DNA from: Plasmodiophora brassicae | Lineage: Eukaryota | Direction of reading: 5' to 3' | Assembly (NCBI GenBank): GCA_036867785.1 | Contig: CP145411.1 | Location: 1,054,001-1,118,000, forward strand | Length of the DNA stretch: 64,000 nucleotides | Shown here: positions 23,269 to 34,665 of the stretch, piece by piece | Layout: the number at the start of each line of letters is the position of its first letter | How positions within the stretch are numbered: the stretch's first letter is position 1 | Notes under the pieces: model-generated | What the model saw: the letters and a program-made list of their open reading frames with translations, nothing else | Told to the model about the DNA's origin: nothing | Database searches by the model: none | Translations under genes and position numbers: made by a program

Positions 23269-24411
23269 ATGGAAAGTGGCACCACGTCTGTCCCGTCGCC
23301 CCTGCTGGACGCGAGGATCAGTTGCAGTTGCGGCGCCTGTCTGGATCCCGTCTCGTTGGTTCTTCATCAGGACCGATGCTGCCCGGCGCGTCCGCGCTAC
23401 TGCGAGTCTTGCAATCACTGGTTCGACCGCTCGGCATACTCTGAGCACAGAGCAATCTGTCTCATTCAATGTCGACTTTGCGATCGTCGCCTTCACCCAA
23501 CCATCGACTTGCCTACACATTATCGAACTGCTCACGGCGATCGTTTCGAGATTGAGGAGCCGGTTTGTCGGCAACCGTTAAACTATGCGCAGGAAGATAT
23601 TGGCGGCAGCCAAGACCTATTTCTTCGTTTCGTTCAGCAGCAGATCCAGCGTAACTCATCGTCAGCGGATTCGCTCAAACTTTTGTCGTTATGGCCGAGC
23701 CCCGTCCGTAACACGACGTGGTTAATCATCGAAGCTCAACTAGTCAATGACGAACGTGCACTCGATCTGCTCGCCTTGGCGAAGCGCCATCCGCTCGAAG
23801 ACTTCGAGTCCCTGACGATAGGCCTCATGGCCGCGGGAATTCTGCTACGGTTTGGCCGGCGCGAAGACGCGGAAGACGCCCTTGTCGACTCGAAATCAAC
23901 GCTCAAGTACAAGTTCGATCCCGATCGCATCGACGACGAACTTTGCGACTTTGGACGAGCCAGGCAAGTCTTGTTTCGTGCAAGCACTCTCATGCTATGC
24001 CACATGACGATTTTACCGGCGGAGCGCCGTCGACTGGCAGCATCGACAGGTCCCTATGCGCCAAGAGATGAAGAGGTTCTCTATTGCAGAGACCCGCTCG
24101 ATGGAGTTGACATCGGTCCCGAGATTTCTTTTGAAGCCCGCCTGGCCCTGCATTCCCTGCGGCTGGGTTCACGTCCGATCTTCCATATCAATGGCCCATA
24201 TCTACACGCGATGGTTGCCGACTTTTCGGATAACGGTTTCAGCTTTGAATATGTCGGTGGAAAGAGGTTTTTTCTCCATACCAACGTCTATCCGAACTTC
24301 GTTGGCCTACCTGAATTCCAGACTGGTGATCGCCCGAATGATATATCCGCTGCCCGATGGTACAGTCGTACGATATGTCGTCGACGAGGTTCAGATGAAA
24401 CTGATCGGTGA
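23269..24411 (+). CDS. Zinc-finger (TRAF/C2H2-like) + uncharacterised domain; N-terminal part of a protease-family gene, frameshifted and truncated
   Basis: CSCGAC...H...C...CESCNH...H...C...CRLCD...HYRTAH. From 23620 it is homologous to three other copies in the window. The paralog at about 32130-32250 indicates a frameshift near 24310. Confidence 0.6.
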   Translation: MESGTTSVPSPLLDARISCSCGACLDPVSLVLHQDRCCPARPRYCESCNHWFDRSAYSEHRAICLIQCRLCDRRLHPTIDLPTHYRTAHGDRFEIEEPVCRQPLNYAQEDIGGSQDLFLRFVQQQIQRNSSSADSLKLLSLWPSPVRNTTWLIIEAQLVNDERALDLLALAKRHPLEDFESLTIGLMAAGILLRFGRREDAEDALVDSKSTLKYKFDPDRIDDELCDFGRARQVLFRASTLMLCHMTILPAERRRLAASTGPYAPRDEEVLYCRDPLDGVDIGPEISFEARLALHSLRLGSRPIFHINGPYLHAMVADFSDNGFSFEYVGGKRFFLHTNVYPNFVGLPEFQTGDRPNDISAARWYSRTICRRRGSDETDR

Positions 24412-25077
24412 CGCGTCAAAACCTCTTTCCACCGACGTATTCGAAGCTGAAACCTATATCCGAAAAGTCGGCAACGATCGCGTGTAGATATGGGCCATCG
24501 ATATGGAAGATCGGATGTGAACCCAGCCGCAGGGAATGCAGGGCCAGGCGGGCTTCAAAAGAAATCTCGGGACCGATATCAATGCCATCAAGCGGGTCCC
24601 TGCAATACAGAACCTCTTCATCTCTTGGCGTATAGGGGCCTGTCGATGCTGCCAGTCGACGGCGCTCCGCCGGTAAAATCGTCATGTGGCATAGCGCGCA
24701 TGAGAGTGCTTGCACGAAACAAGACTTGCCTGGCTCGTCCAAAGTCGCAAAGCTCGTCGTCGATGCGATCTAGGTCGAACTTGTACTTAAGCGCCGATTT
24801 GAAGTCGACAAGGGCGGCTTCAGCGTCTTCGCGCCGGCCAAACCGTAAGCAGAATTCCCGCGGCCATGAGGCCTATCGTCAGGGCCTCGAAGTCTTCGAC
24901 GAGCGGACTGCGCTTCGCCAAGGCGAGCAGATCGATCGCACGGTCGTCATTGACTAGTTGAGCTTCGATGATTAACCACGTCGTGTTACGGACGGGGCTC
25001 GGCCGTAACGACAAAAGATTGAGCAAGTCTGCTGACGATGACTTACGCTCGATCTGCTGCTGAACGAAACGAAGAAA
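23620..25077. repeat. Inverted repeat: arms 23620-24271 and 24418-25077, spacer about 146 bp
   Basis: The reverse complement of 24418-25077 aligns to 23620-24271 with few mismatches and indels. The same peptides appear on both strands, e.g. RDEEVLYCRDPLDG. Confidence 0.93.
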
Positions 25078-25460
25078 GCATTCATTTCCAGAACGTCGTT
25101 GGCGGCATTCACTTGAGACAATTCTCCCAGATTGTAATGGCCCTCGAGCGCACAGTGTGCCACACCGACTTTCATCTTGCCCCATTCTGTCCGCTCAACC
25201 TGCGCTATATCGGAATTGTGCCATCCTTCGGCAATGCGAAAGGAACGTACCACACACAGTTGTTTGCATTCAGGATACTAGATCCATTGCCGGATGCATT
25301 CGACCTGTCTGGGATATGCGGCTGCCCGATCTACGACGATCAAGGCAATGTTTACGGATTTGCTCGTTTCGTCCAGAACAAGTTGAAGTCGGTCAGTTGT
25401 GTCGTAGTTCCTGCCGCGCTCACTCTAGTACCAGAACCCGGTGGTCAAGCACCATTGTAG
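25078..25460 (+). pseudogene. C-terminal fragment of a trypsin-fold protease with Cys nucleophile motif
   Basis: DLSGICGCPIYDDQGNVYGFARF resembles the G-x-[SC]-G-x-P-(h)...G-x-V-x-G motif of chymotrypsin-fold proteases. No start of its own. Homologous to 31262-31600 (-). Confidence 0.55.
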
Positions 25461-26166
25461 GCATCGCCACCATTATCGTCATCGGCACCCGCGACGGTTA
25501 TCGACATCGCCGCTCCCAAATTGTAAACTTCCCGGCAATCGCTTTATCGTTGTGCGCCTAAGCCCATGTCGGAAGCCGCCGAGTGCCGGACCATGAGTCT
25601 TGGCCGTGTCCAGCATCAGCAACGGAGCGAACCCATCGCCCATCGGAGCCGGCCTGCTGGGCGTACCGCTTGAGCAGCGTCCCCACCGGTCCCGAGCTTA
25701 TCTGAGAGTGCACGAGCGCGTCGCTAGTCGACCCGTTGACGGCGCACTGGACTGCCGTCGCCAGCACCACGTCCAGCTCTGTGCGGTCAGGTCGAATACC
25801 GACCTGTGCTACCGAGCGATGGATGGACGACGACGTGTTGTCTCTGCATATTGCTCTGCGTCAGCCACGTCGTGGCAGCAGCAGAGGTCGACCGCGGTAC
25901 AGCCACTGTACCTCCAGTACAAGCTGTCGCCTGTTGGGACGTTCATGGTGGATGACGCTGGATGTCCACGACTATGTGCCGACGGGGGGCACTTGATCGC
26001 GGAAGGCGGCTGGAATGATCCAAAGATCGCTGATCATTTTGGATCGCAGATCCATGTTGAACTTGGGCTCACTGTGCCCTACGAAGAGCCTTGCGAGTCA
26101 TGCGTTTGCGAGTACGATGTCCACAACCAGTCGCCGGGGTAAAAAACACCTGTACAATCGCAGGAT

Positions 26167-26769
26167 TCAGGGGCGGTCAAGCTGTACAAGGAGGTTGCTG
26201 ATCAGGTGTGCGAAGTGCAGAGCGGCCTGAAGGGTGCGATCGAGGCCCGCCAGCAGTCGGCCGACTGTTACGCGGCTGAGGATCAGACCACGACCGCCAT
26301 CCAGGAACTGCTGCAGGTGGCGAACCTGTCCGCGCAGGTGGAGGATTATCGACGAGCGATCGAAATTTACGAGCGACAACAAGTTACTGCATTGGCCTTG
26401 CAAGGGATACTACTTCCAGGCCGTCCTGTGCCATCTGGCGCTGTCGGTACATGGCCTTGACTTGTCGGCAACGAACGAGGCGATTAAGTCGTACAAGGAC
26501 CTGTACGCCGCGTTCGCCGACTCCCGCGAATGCAAATTCTGTGAAACGATCGCGGAAGCGGTCGCTGCTGGCGACGAGGAGAAGTTTACCGATGCCGTTT
26601 ATGAAGTCAGTGTCCCTGATTGCATTGAGGCTGGCGTCTGACTGGTTCCCGGTTGTGTCAGTTCGACAATGTCAGTAGGCTGGACACGTGGAAGACAAGT
26701 ATCCTATTGAATATCAAGAAGTCCATCAAGAAGGCAGCGCTTGGTCTGCAAGAGCCTGATCTGACCTGA
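26167..26769 (+). pseudogene. 5'-truncated, frameshifted alpha-SNAP copy
   Basis: Begins mid-exon. A 20-nt deletion near 26374 (gagc^gacaacaag) shifts the frame. Confidence 0.9.
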
Positions 26770-27277
26770 GCCTTCCTCCGCCGTGTTTGATGTAAACGAT
26801 TTCCAATTAGATGCTCGATTCGCATAGGTAACCTCTCTTCTGACGGTCAGCAACAACGTGGCGAAACGAACTCTTTCGTAAGGCAGCTATATAGCGTCCA
26901 GTTTTGACATAGACGTATACGTTTATGTGGTATCCATGGCATCAATCTCGGCGTCGTCCAGAAGTCGGAGCCTCCTAGCAATCGCTCTGGGAATCGAATC
27001 AGCGTCGATCAGGGGGGCGATATAGTGTCGAAGCCCTACAGTTTGGCTCGCAGCGTCCGGTGCAGAGCGTCCAGTTGTGCGCTTTGCTCCTCGATTGGCT
27101 TGTGCATCGGATCGAGACGTTTCACTGCCTCCCTGCACAACTGCACCTGCTGCGACAACGCTTCCGCCTGTCCCGAACCACGTATGACTAGGATGCTCAA
27201 CCCAAACAATCGCACATCTGCACCCACTGCCTGTGTGACCTCCTTCTCGGAACACCCGTCCTTGCACTTGGTAATCA
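26167..27277. repeat. Direct repeat copy B (1111 bp; partner 22028-23155)
   Basis: Same as copy A with a 3-nt insertion and a 20-nt deletion. Confidence 0.95.
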
Positions 27278-27338
27278 GGCCGATCAGCGGTGTCAGCAGA
27301 TCGAACGTCGACGCCAGATCCGCAGGCTCCGCAGCCAT
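26923..27338 (-). CDS. MED9: Mediator subunit MED9 homolog, intact copy
   Basis: Spliced MAAEPADLASTFDLLTPLIGLITKCKDGCSEKEVTQA|AEALSQQVQLCREAVKRLDPMHKPIEEQSAQLDALHRTLRAKL|AIARRL... follows the MED9 pattern (FLPLVHNIIKC...PGIHLSPEQQQQQLQSL). Confidence 0.7.
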
Positions 27339-27765
27339 CGCGGTAATGCGCCCAAGCCGCTGCGATGTGGCCGGGGACTGTCCAGGTCAATCAGGGTACA
27401 GGTCATCTCGGTTCCATTGACAGTTGCCGTTTCTTATGTAATCACAGGCAGTGTTGCGGTCTGTCCGGATTAAACAGTAGATGTTGCCGACTAATGTGAT
27501 AGCATCACACTGTGTCGTTCATGAAGGATCGGACTTCTCATGGAACATTGGGGTGTGACTAATTCGGGTGAAGTTCACGCCGATGCTCCAGGCATGTCTG
27601 AAGGCAACAGACATTCCAGCAATCCCAGGGCACCTGGTAATGGTGCCGTACATGGGCGAACCGGAGCCCAGGGTGGGCTCGATCCTCTGAGTGGAGGCTA
27701 CAATTCTGTGGCAATACTCGAGCCAATGTCCTGCAGTGACCATACGGTTGACATTTTAATGCCGT

Positions 27766-30700
27766 TCATATTTCCCCAGGAATTTTAGGATACGAGTACG
27801 CCGACGCCCAGTCTCCAGCAATTGGAGCGTCGATCAGCTAATTCGGCATGTTAGCAGAGGCTTGCATGATCGGGGCACATGGATTCAGACCTCTTCGGGG
27901 ATGCCAAACGCATCAACGAGGGCACGAGCATGAGGACGCAGGGCCACACAAAGCCGATTGATTTCGTTCCAGACAGCCTTTGCTTTCATCGCAGCGAAAT
28001 ACTTGAAGGTTAAGAACCACCCCATTGCATCTGGCGGACATGTTATCATATGCCATGAGAAATTACCATGGCGATGGCATACCTTGGATGGCACACAGGC
28101 AATACCTGGTAGAACATTAATGGGTGGCTCCAGAACCAGTTGCGTTCGAAACTTACAAGCTACACAGAGCGCTCAACATGGGCTTGATGGATTTCGGACA
28201 TGATTCGAGATGCAAGACAAACTGCTCCGCCACGACGCGATCGACATGAGCCAACGCGAGTTCTTGAACGAGATCGAGGCTTGCGTTCCATGCCTCGAAT
28301 TTGCCGAGGTCTTTCTTAGCGGTCAGCTTCAAGTAGACAAATATTCAGAATTCTACATTCTGGTAGAGTCAAAACCCAGAACCTTGTTGATCAGAGCTCT
28401 TAGAAGCCGCGCTTCACGATACTCGAACTGACAAGGATAAGAAGAAATTCATGGTGACATGTTAACCAATGGGATTCTTACAGCGTGAAGGAAGAAATCA
28501 GTAGAGCGGAGATGACCCTGAACAGGTTTAGGCGTCAGGGAAAGTTCACAGCTCTCGAGACCTCTCTGTACTTACGGAAGTGATAGTGGCTCGTTTAGGT
28601 TGGTCCCGAATTTCCATGGACATCGCTCGTCGCAGATGGGCAAACATCCCACCATCCTCAACGAATTCTTTTATAAGAGCGGTACTCACTTGCTGGAGCA
28701 GGACACGGTTATCGCCCTCCCAAGTGCCTGCAGAAAGCACACATTATTAACTCGGATTTGACGTTAACAGAGGTACCGACAGTCGATATCTGAATCGTTG
28801 CGCATTGGCCCGATTCGATTGCACGCGGCGAAGCCCATTCCTCCGCATGCTTCGCGGCATTCCTACCAGTACGACTCAGCACGTCAATGAATCATACGGC
28901 GATTAGTCGACCTGCAATGTCTTTGAGCGATGCCATGTGCACACAGCCTTCAGTCCAGCTGCCAGAATGTGGACAGTTTTCGAGCCAGGTTCGTTCACCG
29001 ATCTAGAGCAACGTATGAGAACAAGCGACATCGATCGACTTCAGCTGCCCGACATCGTCTTGAGATGGTTGACTGCTAACTGAAGAGCGTATGTCTTCGC
29101 TAGAAGCGGAAACTACGGGAAGAGTAAGCAGCGCAGCCACATCGACCCACAAAGACCAACCAAGCGTCGCTGATGACTGAGGTAGTCCATAATGGGGATT
29201 TCCGTTTCGCTTGTCGAATCGGGTCCAAATTGTCGTCGCGTTATTCCATAACGGATTGCAATTGTTAACGCTGTCTTGGAGATATGCGTAGCAGCTTGGC
29301 TGACCTGTAGACGATTATAAGGATCTAAAGCAGGTACGTCGACAAGGAACCCAGGTTCGACTTACAACGACGCGACCATACACAAGAGCTCCGATCTGAA
29401 CGATGAACCTGCCAGCGTTCGACTTAATGTCTGACACAAAATTCCCGTTGTCGTCTATAGTGCCGTAGCGATCGAGAAGAGCATCACGTGGCACGATCTG
29501 GGCAAGCGGTCAGTGATTGATACATGAGGCGCAGAACAGCATCGTTACCTTTTTGTCGAACCAGCAACGGCCATCTGTATGAATGAAAGGTAAGCGCAAG
29601 TGGCATATCTGTCAGTTGATACACAACTGCCGTACTATCAATTCCATTCAGGGCAGCCTTGATACCACAGTCCGCGATCCTGACACCTTCAGCGACAGAC
29701 CCATCATCATTTCGGACACGGACGATAAACACCTAGACAGATACATAATCAGAACTGTCAGCATCATCAACATGCAGGTTCTGATTACCATAACACCGTG
29801 GTGAACTTCTTTCACGTAGAGTTGAGCAAACACAACCAGGTGGGTGCAGTGACATGCAAGGTTGCCAATCTAAAGAGCCGAATAAACGATCAAATACCAT
29901 AAGCGAGGGTTATATATACCCAAAACTTTTGAGACGTTTCAGTTGGTGAATGTAGGATGAACCCCTTGATCGTATGATCGTAAGTTGCGATGGTCTCAAC
30001 ACCACGGGCATTCGAGCCATGGCCCAATCTTCCAGTCAAAATGTCAGTCAGATGGCGACCAAATTGAACAGCAAGGACTCACTCTGTAAGTGCGAAACCG
30101 CCCCTGACTAGAAGTTTTGCAATGCGATCAGCATATCGTTTGCGATGTTTCTCAGTGCCAAGCGCAATGACTGTGCCGCCAAAGAGCCCGAAGTTCACCT
30201 GTTGAAGATGTCAGGCGGGGACGTGCTGGCGATTGGTGTACTGACAGCGCATTTCGTTGCAATGTTGGGACCGTGAAACGAAAGCAGACCCACCGCATCA
30301 ATAAAGCGGTTTGGGGCTTTGAGGTAGTCGTGGAAATCCAAAAGTCCAGAGCTGACGAATGCCTTCAGCTGGGCCAGTACCACGCTGCGCTGTTCGTCCA
30401 GGGGCATTGCAAGATAATGTCTACGAGCGGAATCGGCTTAGGCGCACAACGATAAAGCGCAATGTCTACCTGTTCTTCTTAAACAAAGGGTGCGTTGCCA
30501 GGAAGTTTACAATTTGGGCGCGCCGTTCGTGATCGGAATGGTCCAGAAGTTTCTGCATCGCGTCACTGTCGAAAGATAGGTCCTGCGGAATTCGGATGCC
30601 TTTATACGGTAGCGCAACCTGAAATGTTTGGTCAGCAACAATACCCGGCTCTTCCCTCAGCATGAAGCGCCACCTGGATAAATGGGCGCAAACGCTGGGC

Positions 30701-30823
30701 GATCGACGGCACGCTCAATCCTAAATCGGCAGCATCAGATGTACTAACTTGCTGGAGAACTTTCTGTATCCGATGCTGCGGCCCTGTTCCCGAAGCCGGG
30801 CTCTCAACCATCTCCTGCGCCAT
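27766..30823 (-). CDS. Peroxisomal acyl-CoA oxidase
   Basis: Multi-exon. Motifs [59 protein letters not shown] and [17 protein letters not shown]-terminal PTS2-like RIQKVLQQV. Confidence 0.93.
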
Positions 30824-31261
30824 ATCTGCGTCTCCCACCACGCCTTTGATGAAGGCCACCCTAATAATCAATAGCGGTGCCCACTTACAAACGGGTTCCA
30901 ACTGCAAAAACGGGACGAAAAATCGGGCCCCCACAGGTCTGATTCGGCGCGTCCCACCCAACTCCCAAGTTGCCAACCGAGCCAATGGAAGAGCTGCACT
31001 GCAACACGCGGTCAAACGACGGAACAATGAATTACGTGGACGGGAGCTCACTAGCCGGGTAGAACCATCGCCAACTCCAGCAACGTGATGGCTGCTCAAC
31101 GGACTGAGAACTGAAGCAGCAACGCGTGTACGCGACGTCCGTCCGGCCCCGTCGAGGACTGCTGTTAAAATCGCATACAGGGTACCAGCTTTGTCCAGCA
31201 ACAAACAATGTATGCTGTGGTATGGACCGCGGAATTGAGGTGCTAGCATGTCATCGCTGTG

Positions 31262-32740
31262 AGCAATTGCAGGAGCGACGAAGTCGATAACCGACGCTGG
31301 TGCCATTGCCAGTGCCCATGATGGTGCTTATACTGGTGCCTGGCAACCTGGATCCGGTAACAGTGTTAGCGCACCAGGAATCACGACACATGACCGACTT
31401 CAGCCTGTTGTGGACAAATCGAGCAAGCCCGTAAACGTTGCCATGAGCGTCGTAGATTCCGATGCACCATAGGCTGAGCGGACGGAACGGGGCAAGATGA
31501 AAGTCAACGTAGCACACTGTGTGCTTGAGGGCCACTAGCTACAATCTGGGAGAATTGTCTCAAGTGGGTGCTGTCAGCGACATTCTGAAAGCGAATGCAA
31601 TAATCCAATGTGTGCAGTGAGATACCTAACGCATTGTCATGGCAGTGGACGTCGGTCAGCACATGCTCGAAGCGGTCGAACGTTTGGCAAAACGTGCCCA
31701 GTGGTTGCGACTTGACGCAGTGGTGTACGATGCTACCGATCAATCGCCGTCTTCGGCGGGCTCTAGACATCAACCTACCTAGCCAGGAAACGATCTAGAC
31801 CACTCCTGTCTGGGTCAATGGCTGGGGTGCGTGGGAAAAAGCCATACGTGGAATATGTCAAGACAGTCTGACTCTTCCACATGCAAAGTACTCCTGCAGG
31901 TGTTGTCGGGCACCGACGTGAATGGCGGACAATGGATCCGGGGGCTCAGACTCGGCCACGGGTTACGCTGCGCGAGAGAAGCGGGAGTGTGGCGGAGATC
32001 GGCGCCCTCGGTCAACGGGACCACCCTTCTCAAGCGAACCGTGAGGCCGCCAACTGTAGCTGGATGCTGCCATGGATGGAGGTAAGTGCGGTGTAGAACT
32101 CCCAATCACATTTCTGTCGACATGCACAAATAGAACTGACCCATGGGAAGGCGTCATCGATGAGTTTCATCTAAAACTCGTCGAGGCAGCGGGTCATTCG
32201 GGCGATCACCGGATTGAAATTCCGGTGGGGCAACGAAGTTCGGATAGAGGTTAGCATGCATAAAGAACCTCTTCCCACCCATGTATCCGAATCTGAAGCC
32301 GAAATCCGAAACGTCGGCAACATTCGGTCCATCGATATGGGATTGGGATGTGATCCCAGTCGCAGAAAATGCAGGTCCAGGTAAGCTTCCGGAGAATTCT
32401 CGGGACCGATATCGACTCCATCGAGCGGATCTCTCTAAAACAGGACTTCGTCATCTCTTGGAGTACATGGAGCTGTCGATGCCGCCAGTCGACGGCGTTC
32501 CTCCGGTACAATCGACATAGCATCAGACTGCTTGGATGGAACAAGATTTGCCGGGCTCTTCCGAAGTCGCAAAGCTCGTCGTCGATGCGCTCGAGATCAC
32601 ACTTGTACTTAAGCGATGATTTCGTTTCGACAAGAGCGGCATCAGCATCTTCACGCCGGCCAAAGCGGAGCAGAATTCTCGCGGACATGAGGCCTCCCGT
32701 CAGGGCCTGGAAGTCTTCTAGCGGATGACGCCTCGCCAAG
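31262..32740 (-). pseudogene. Degenerate copy of the helical-domain + trypsin-fold protease gene
   Basis: Homologous to 23775-24417 and to 25078-25525. Includes the middle part (TTPAGVLC...VLTYSTYGFF) that is missing from the first cluster. Multiple stops and frameshifts. Confidence 0.7.
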
Positions 32741-32744
32741 GCTG

Positions 32745-33214
32745 TGTTTCGTTCACCAACAGATAGCGCAAATCATCGGCAACCGACTTGTTGAAACTTC
32801 TGTCGTTATGGTTGAACCCCGACCGTAACGCGACGTGGGCCATTGTTGAGGCTCAGCTGGTAGATTACCAACGGGCGCTCGACGATAGGCCTCATGTCCA
32901 TGGGGATTCTCAGTTTTGGCCGGCGCGAAGATGCTGAAGCCGCCCGTGTCGACTCGAAATCATCGCTCAAGTACAAGTTCGACCTCGATCGCATCGGCGA
33001 CGAGCTTTGTGACTTCGGAAGAGCCCGGCAAATCGTATTTCGTACAAACAGTCTGATGCTGTGTCACATGCCGATTGTACCGGAGGAGCGCCGCAGACCG
33101 GCAGCAACAGCTGCATATACTCCAAGAGATGACGAAGCCCTGGTTTACAGAGACCAGCTCGATGGAGTCAATATCGGTCCCGAGATTTCTCCGGAAGCTT
33201 GCCTGACGTGGCAC
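32745..33214 (+). pseudogene. Fourth partial copy of the same family; forms an inverted pair with 32372-32700
   Basis: FGRREDAEAARVDSKSSLKYKFDLDRIGDELCDFGRARQ matches 23850-23970. Confidence 0.8.
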
Positions 33215-33964
33215 CAGTTGGTAGCCTGCGCGATGAATTCGATCTAAAGCACCGACAGGACACAGGACGTTCATGGATGCGCTTAAAGGCAGGCGCCAGG
33301 CTGCCGGCCACACATTTCATCTTTAGCTGTGGGCACACCTCGATGTCAGCAGTGAGAAAGACCATACGTGCTTGATAGTCGCCGCTCAATCGCGACAAGG
33401 ATGGGCAAGTTGCGCACCCTGCAGAGAGCGGCGACGTTGCAGATAGCGCACCACAGCCGCCATGGATTCCGTGACGTTAGGCAGAACAAACAGGACAGCG
33501 ACTGCAACTGCGGATTATCTGGGTATCCAGGCGCTTCCGTGACACTGGGGAGTGGCATTGGGCAGTCTGCGCCGTATGGACTCACGGGTTCGCACACTTC
33601 GCGCGCAGTCCGGCTCTGACGGCCCACAGCTGATCATCGAGCGACTTGGGCGACTCTAGCGTGTTGTATACTTGCATGTTGGCGTTCGATGGCAAACTGG
33701 GGTAAAATGAGGAGTTCAAGCGTCCAAGATCGTTCGCCTACCAATGTTCGAAGCCAATAATGGTTTCCACCTTGGTATTTGGGATGGATCTTGAACGGGT
33801 TGAATCGACATACCGCTCGTAGGTACAGGTTGGTTGCGTTTTGTGCGTGGCGTTGCCGTGGTCGTCTCACTTCGGGGTTGTCAAACGTCTGGTGGCGTCG
33901 CAGGTGCCTTGCACCTCTCAGCTTAGCACCGCTTCCAGTACTCTTGTGGCTACGATAACGTGAC

Positions 33965-34665
33965 ATGGCATGTTTACGATTGCTCTAAACCGTCCTGGTT
34001 TACTGAAACCTGTTTCCCTAGCCGCCCATCAATATCGAGAACGTCGAAATTCTGGACAACCCGACACAGTTTAAGAATCCGTTTCAGATCCAAGGTCTGG
34101 CGTTTAGGAAAGTTCATGCACGTATGTGAATTTGACGCTAGTTTTCTCAGTTACATTCGAGTGCATTCCCCCTGGTATCAGAGAAGGTATTGAGACATCA
34201 TGCAATAATCATCCATTGTGTCTCACGTTTCCAAACAGAGTTGGAATGGAAGCTGATTTATGTTGGGTCCGCTGATGACGAAAAGTACGACCAGCTTCTG
34301 GATAGTGTCCTTGTTGGCCCTGTATCAATTGGCACGAGCAAGTTCGTATTTCAGGTATACTTTGCTGTGGTTAAATCCGGCCAGCGCTGTACTTAGTGTG
34401 ATTGTAGGCCGCTGCTCCTGACCCAAGCAAGATCCCTGAAAAGGACGTTCTCGAAGTCACCGTCATCTTGCTGACTTGCTCGTACAAGGGCAACGAGTTT
34501 ATCCGTGTCGGATACTACGTCAACAACGACTACGGGACAGACGAGACCTTCAACCGGGAACCACCTGAGCACGTTGACATCGACAAAGTCTACCGGAATG
34601 TCCTTTCGTCGAGCCCACGTGTGACTCGGTTCCCAATTGAATGGGACGATGGCCTCGTGGCATAG
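33965..34665 (+). CDS. ASF1: Histone H3-H4 chaperone ASF1
   Basis: VEILDNP...F, TFEC, LEWKLIYVGSA, DQLLDSVLVGPV, LTCSYKGNEFIRVGYYVNN and PRVTRFPIEWD. Four introns. Confidence 0.96.

Noticed and set aside
27519-27743. MVTAGH ORF as another trypsin-like fragment
   Set aside because: Single short motif, no homology to the repeated family, and it overlaps the ACX 3' flank.
33250-33680. Small spliced gene starting MQVYNTLESP (-)
   Set aside because: Downstream exons could not be joined into a credible protein.
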